Assembly: GCA_021849995.1 (NCBI GenBank)
Contig: JAJZSC010000001.1
Location: forward strand, 1 to 38,536
From: Bacillota bacterium
GTDB lineage: Bacteria; Bacillota; Desulfitobacteriia; Desulfitobacteriales; Desulfitobacteriaceae
Direction: 5' to 3'
Length of the DNA stretch: 38,536 bases
Below are positions 36,753 to 38,536 of this stretch, one piece after another (the stretch's first letter is position 1; every line of letters begins with the position of its first letter). The notes below the pieces were generated by a model. That model ran no database searches, was not told the DNA's origin, and saw only the letters and a program-made list of their open reading frames with translations. The position numbers and the translations under genes are program-made.

Positions 36753-36930
36753 AGTATATTTTCATTCTCTGGTGGTGTCGACAGCGGCATGATGGTCTTA
36801 TCAAGCTTTATCTAAACTAGATAAATGTTTTATTGAGGATAATAGTATAAATTCAAAGGAGTCTCTTAACAAAGGTTGAATAATATAACTATAAGTGACT
36901 TTTTGAAAAGGGATTAATGATAGGAGAGAT

Positions 36931-37905
36931 ATGATGAAAACCAAAGTTTTTGTGGCAAAGTCGATTCCATTGGAAGTTAAAGAATATCTTGGACAGTATT
37001 GTGATTATCGTATTTGGGACAGTGAGGAAGCTGTGCCACGGGAGTTACTTATGGAAGAGGTTAGGGATATAGACGGCCTGCTTGCTACCAGTAGTGATAA
37101 AATAGATGAGGAGTTGTTGAGGAAAGCTCCTAGGTTAAAAGTTGTTAGTAATATAGCTGTTGGCTATAACAATTTTAATCTTGAGGCAATGAAAGCAAGA
37201 AAAGTTATTGGTACTAATACACCTTTTGTATTGGATGAGACAGTTGCTGATCTAGTCTTTGGGCTCATTTTATCGTCGGCCAGGAGAATCTGCGAACTTG
37301 ATAGATATGTAAAGGAAGGTAAATGGTTAAAGCGTATTGATGAGAGTCTATTTGGTTTGGATGTTCATCATACTACCTTAGGGATCATTGGCATGGGTAG
37401 AATAGGAGAAAAGATTGCTCAAAGGGCAAAGCTTGGTTTTTCTATGGATGTGCTTTATTACAATCGCACAAGAAAGTCGGAAGTCGAAAATTCACTAGGT
37501 ATAGAGTACTCAGAAATGGATGAACTATTGAAGAAGGCTGATTTTGTGGTCCTTATGACTCCATTGACACCACAAACAAAAAAGATGATAGGTGAGCGGG
37601 AATTAAACTTGATGAAAAGAACCGCTATTTTTATAAATGCCTCTAGAGGGGAAACAGTTGATGAAGGTGCTCTGTTACAGGCGCTCCAAGAGAAGAAGAT
37701 TTTGGCTGCCGCATTAGATGTCTACGAGCAAGAACCTGTAGATACACAAAGCCCGCTCTTGCAACTCTCGAATGTCGTAATGATGCCTCATATCGGTTCC
37801 GCAACAGCGAAAACCCGCTTTGATATGGCCATGAGGGGAGCCCGTAACTTAGTTTTGGCTTTGTCAGGGGAAGTTCCTCCAAACCTGGTAGAGGAGCTCA
37901 AGTAG
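36931..37905 (+). CDS. D-isomer-specific 2-hydroxyacid dehydrogenase (glyoxylate/hydroxypyruvate reductase-like)
   Basis: NAD-binding motif GIIGMGRIGEKIAQRA, catalytic region ..NASRGE..D..AL and MPHIGSAT. 324 aa. Confidence 0.85.
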   Translation: MMKTKVFVAKSIPLEVKEYLGQYCDYRIWDSEEAVPRELLMEEVRDIDGLLATSSDKIDEELLRKAPRLKVVSNIAVGYNNFNLEAMKARKVIGTNTPFVLDETVADLVFGLILSSARRICELDRYVKEGKWLKRIDESLFGLDVHHTTLGIIGMGRIGEKIAQRAKLGFSMDVLYYNRTRKSEVENSLGIEYSEMDELLKKADFVVLMTPLTPQTKKMIGERELNLMKRTAIFINASRGETVDEGALLQALQEKKILAAALDVYEQEPVDTQSPLLQLSNVVMMPHIGSATAKTRFDMAMRGARNLVLALSGEVPPNLVEELK

Positions 37906-38020
37906 TTGAATCTTTGGAAAAGCCTAATTTATACTGGAGCAACAGTGAAATCTGTTTAAAGAATCAGTAAATTGCTGATACTTAGTCATGAAAAGGGCTG
38001 ATAATGAAGGGAGACAGCAC

Positions 38021-38536
38021 ATGAAGGCCGAAATAAAACAATTATTCCGAAACCCTAATGAGTATGTAAATAATGAACTAACAGTTTCCGGCTGGGTTAA
38101 GACGATACGTTCATCGAAAAATTTTGGTTTTATCGAATTAAATGACGGTACTTTTTTTAAGAATTTGCAGGTGGTGTTCGAAGATTCCTTAAACAATTTT
38201 GAGCAGGTATCCAAGTTTACGCTGAGTTCGGCGATTACTGTTCAGGGAGTATTGGTTGAATCTCCTGGAGCAAAGCAGCCTTTTGAATTAAAAGCTTCAA
38301 ATATTACACTGGATGCAGCTTGTAGCCCTGATTATCCGTTACAGAAGAAAAGGCATACGTTTGAATATTTAAGGACTATTTCCCATTTGAGACCTAGGAC
38401 AAATACCTTTTCAGCAGTATTTAGAGTAAGGTCTATCCTAGCTTATGCTATACATAAATTTTTCCAAGACAAGGGTTTCGTGTATGTACATACTCCTATC
38501 ATAACTGGGAGTGATGCTGAAGGCGCAGGAGAGATG
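38021..38536 (+). CDS. asnS: Asparagine--tRNA ligase, N-terminal part (3' end outside window)
   Basis: Not in the ORF track because it is open at the window edge. ATG 38021 follows [106 protein letters not shown] is the typical AsnS OB fold and start of the catalytic core. Confidence 0.88.
   Translation, partial: MKAEIKQLFRNPNEYVNNELTVSGWVKTIRSSKNFGFIELNDGTFFKNLQVVFEDSLNNFEQVSKFTLSSAITVQGVLVESPGAKQPFELKASNITLDAACSPDYPLQKKRHTFEYLRTISHLRPRTNTFSAVFRVRSILAYAIHKFFQDKGFVYVHTPIITGSDAEGAGEM

Noticed and set aside
37906-38020. T-box leader upstream of asnS
   Set aside because: The spacer is only about 115 nt, with no specifier-loop or T-box (AANNNGGGTGGTACCGCG-like) sequence and no terminator.

Overview
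This window looks like a mostly housekeeping, origin-proximal chromosomal segment of an anaerobic spore-forming Firmicute. The class Clostridia is inferred from the SCIFF peptide system, lonC, the [FeFe]-hydrogenase maturases and tRNA-Sec; the organism is not identified. Nearly all genes are on the + strand. In order they are: livHMGF branched-chain amino acid ABC transporter (livH truncated at the left edge), CBS/ACT protein, DUF2889 protein, tRNA-Sec, cvpA-like, mscS-like, DUF951, ychF, rpsF-ssb-rpsR, MazG-like, yybS-like, rplI, lonC-like, dnaB, purB, purA, tRNA-Lys/Glu/Phe, a lipoprotein, the SCIFF precursor (46 aa, absent from the ORF track) with its radical SAM/SPASM maturase, a YyaE-like molybdopterin oxidoreductase, a TPR protein, yycJ-like MBL hydrolase, htrA-like protease, rlmH, a minus-strand LOR/SDH (TIGR00300) ornithine-cyclodeaminase-like gene, a TM1266-like regulator with hydE and hydG, a minus-strand 74-aa orphan, a lysine riboswitch with lysA, Fur-box-controlled feoA-feoB plus a small Cys-rich ORF, a 2-hydroxyacid dehydrogenase, and the 5' part of asnS. 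I see no CRISPR array, transposase, integrase, prophage or recognisable defence island, and I cannot support a novel multi-gene system here. The least explained signal is a family of about 85-95 bp structured intergenic repeats with at least 10 copies in 38.5 kb. Some copies sit in notable places: one supplies the stop codon of the SCIFF maturase, one lies between the lysine riboswitch terminator and lysA, and two flank the orphan ORF. Other items worth a second look are a roughly 345-nt leader with an internal intrinsic terminator upstream of the hydrogenase-maturase operon, a 15-bp tandem array just upstream of tRNA-Sec, a TCGAA-rich spacer inside the tRNA cluster, and a long promoter-bearing leader upstream of purB. 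All functional calls come from motif recognition by eye; no database searches were run.
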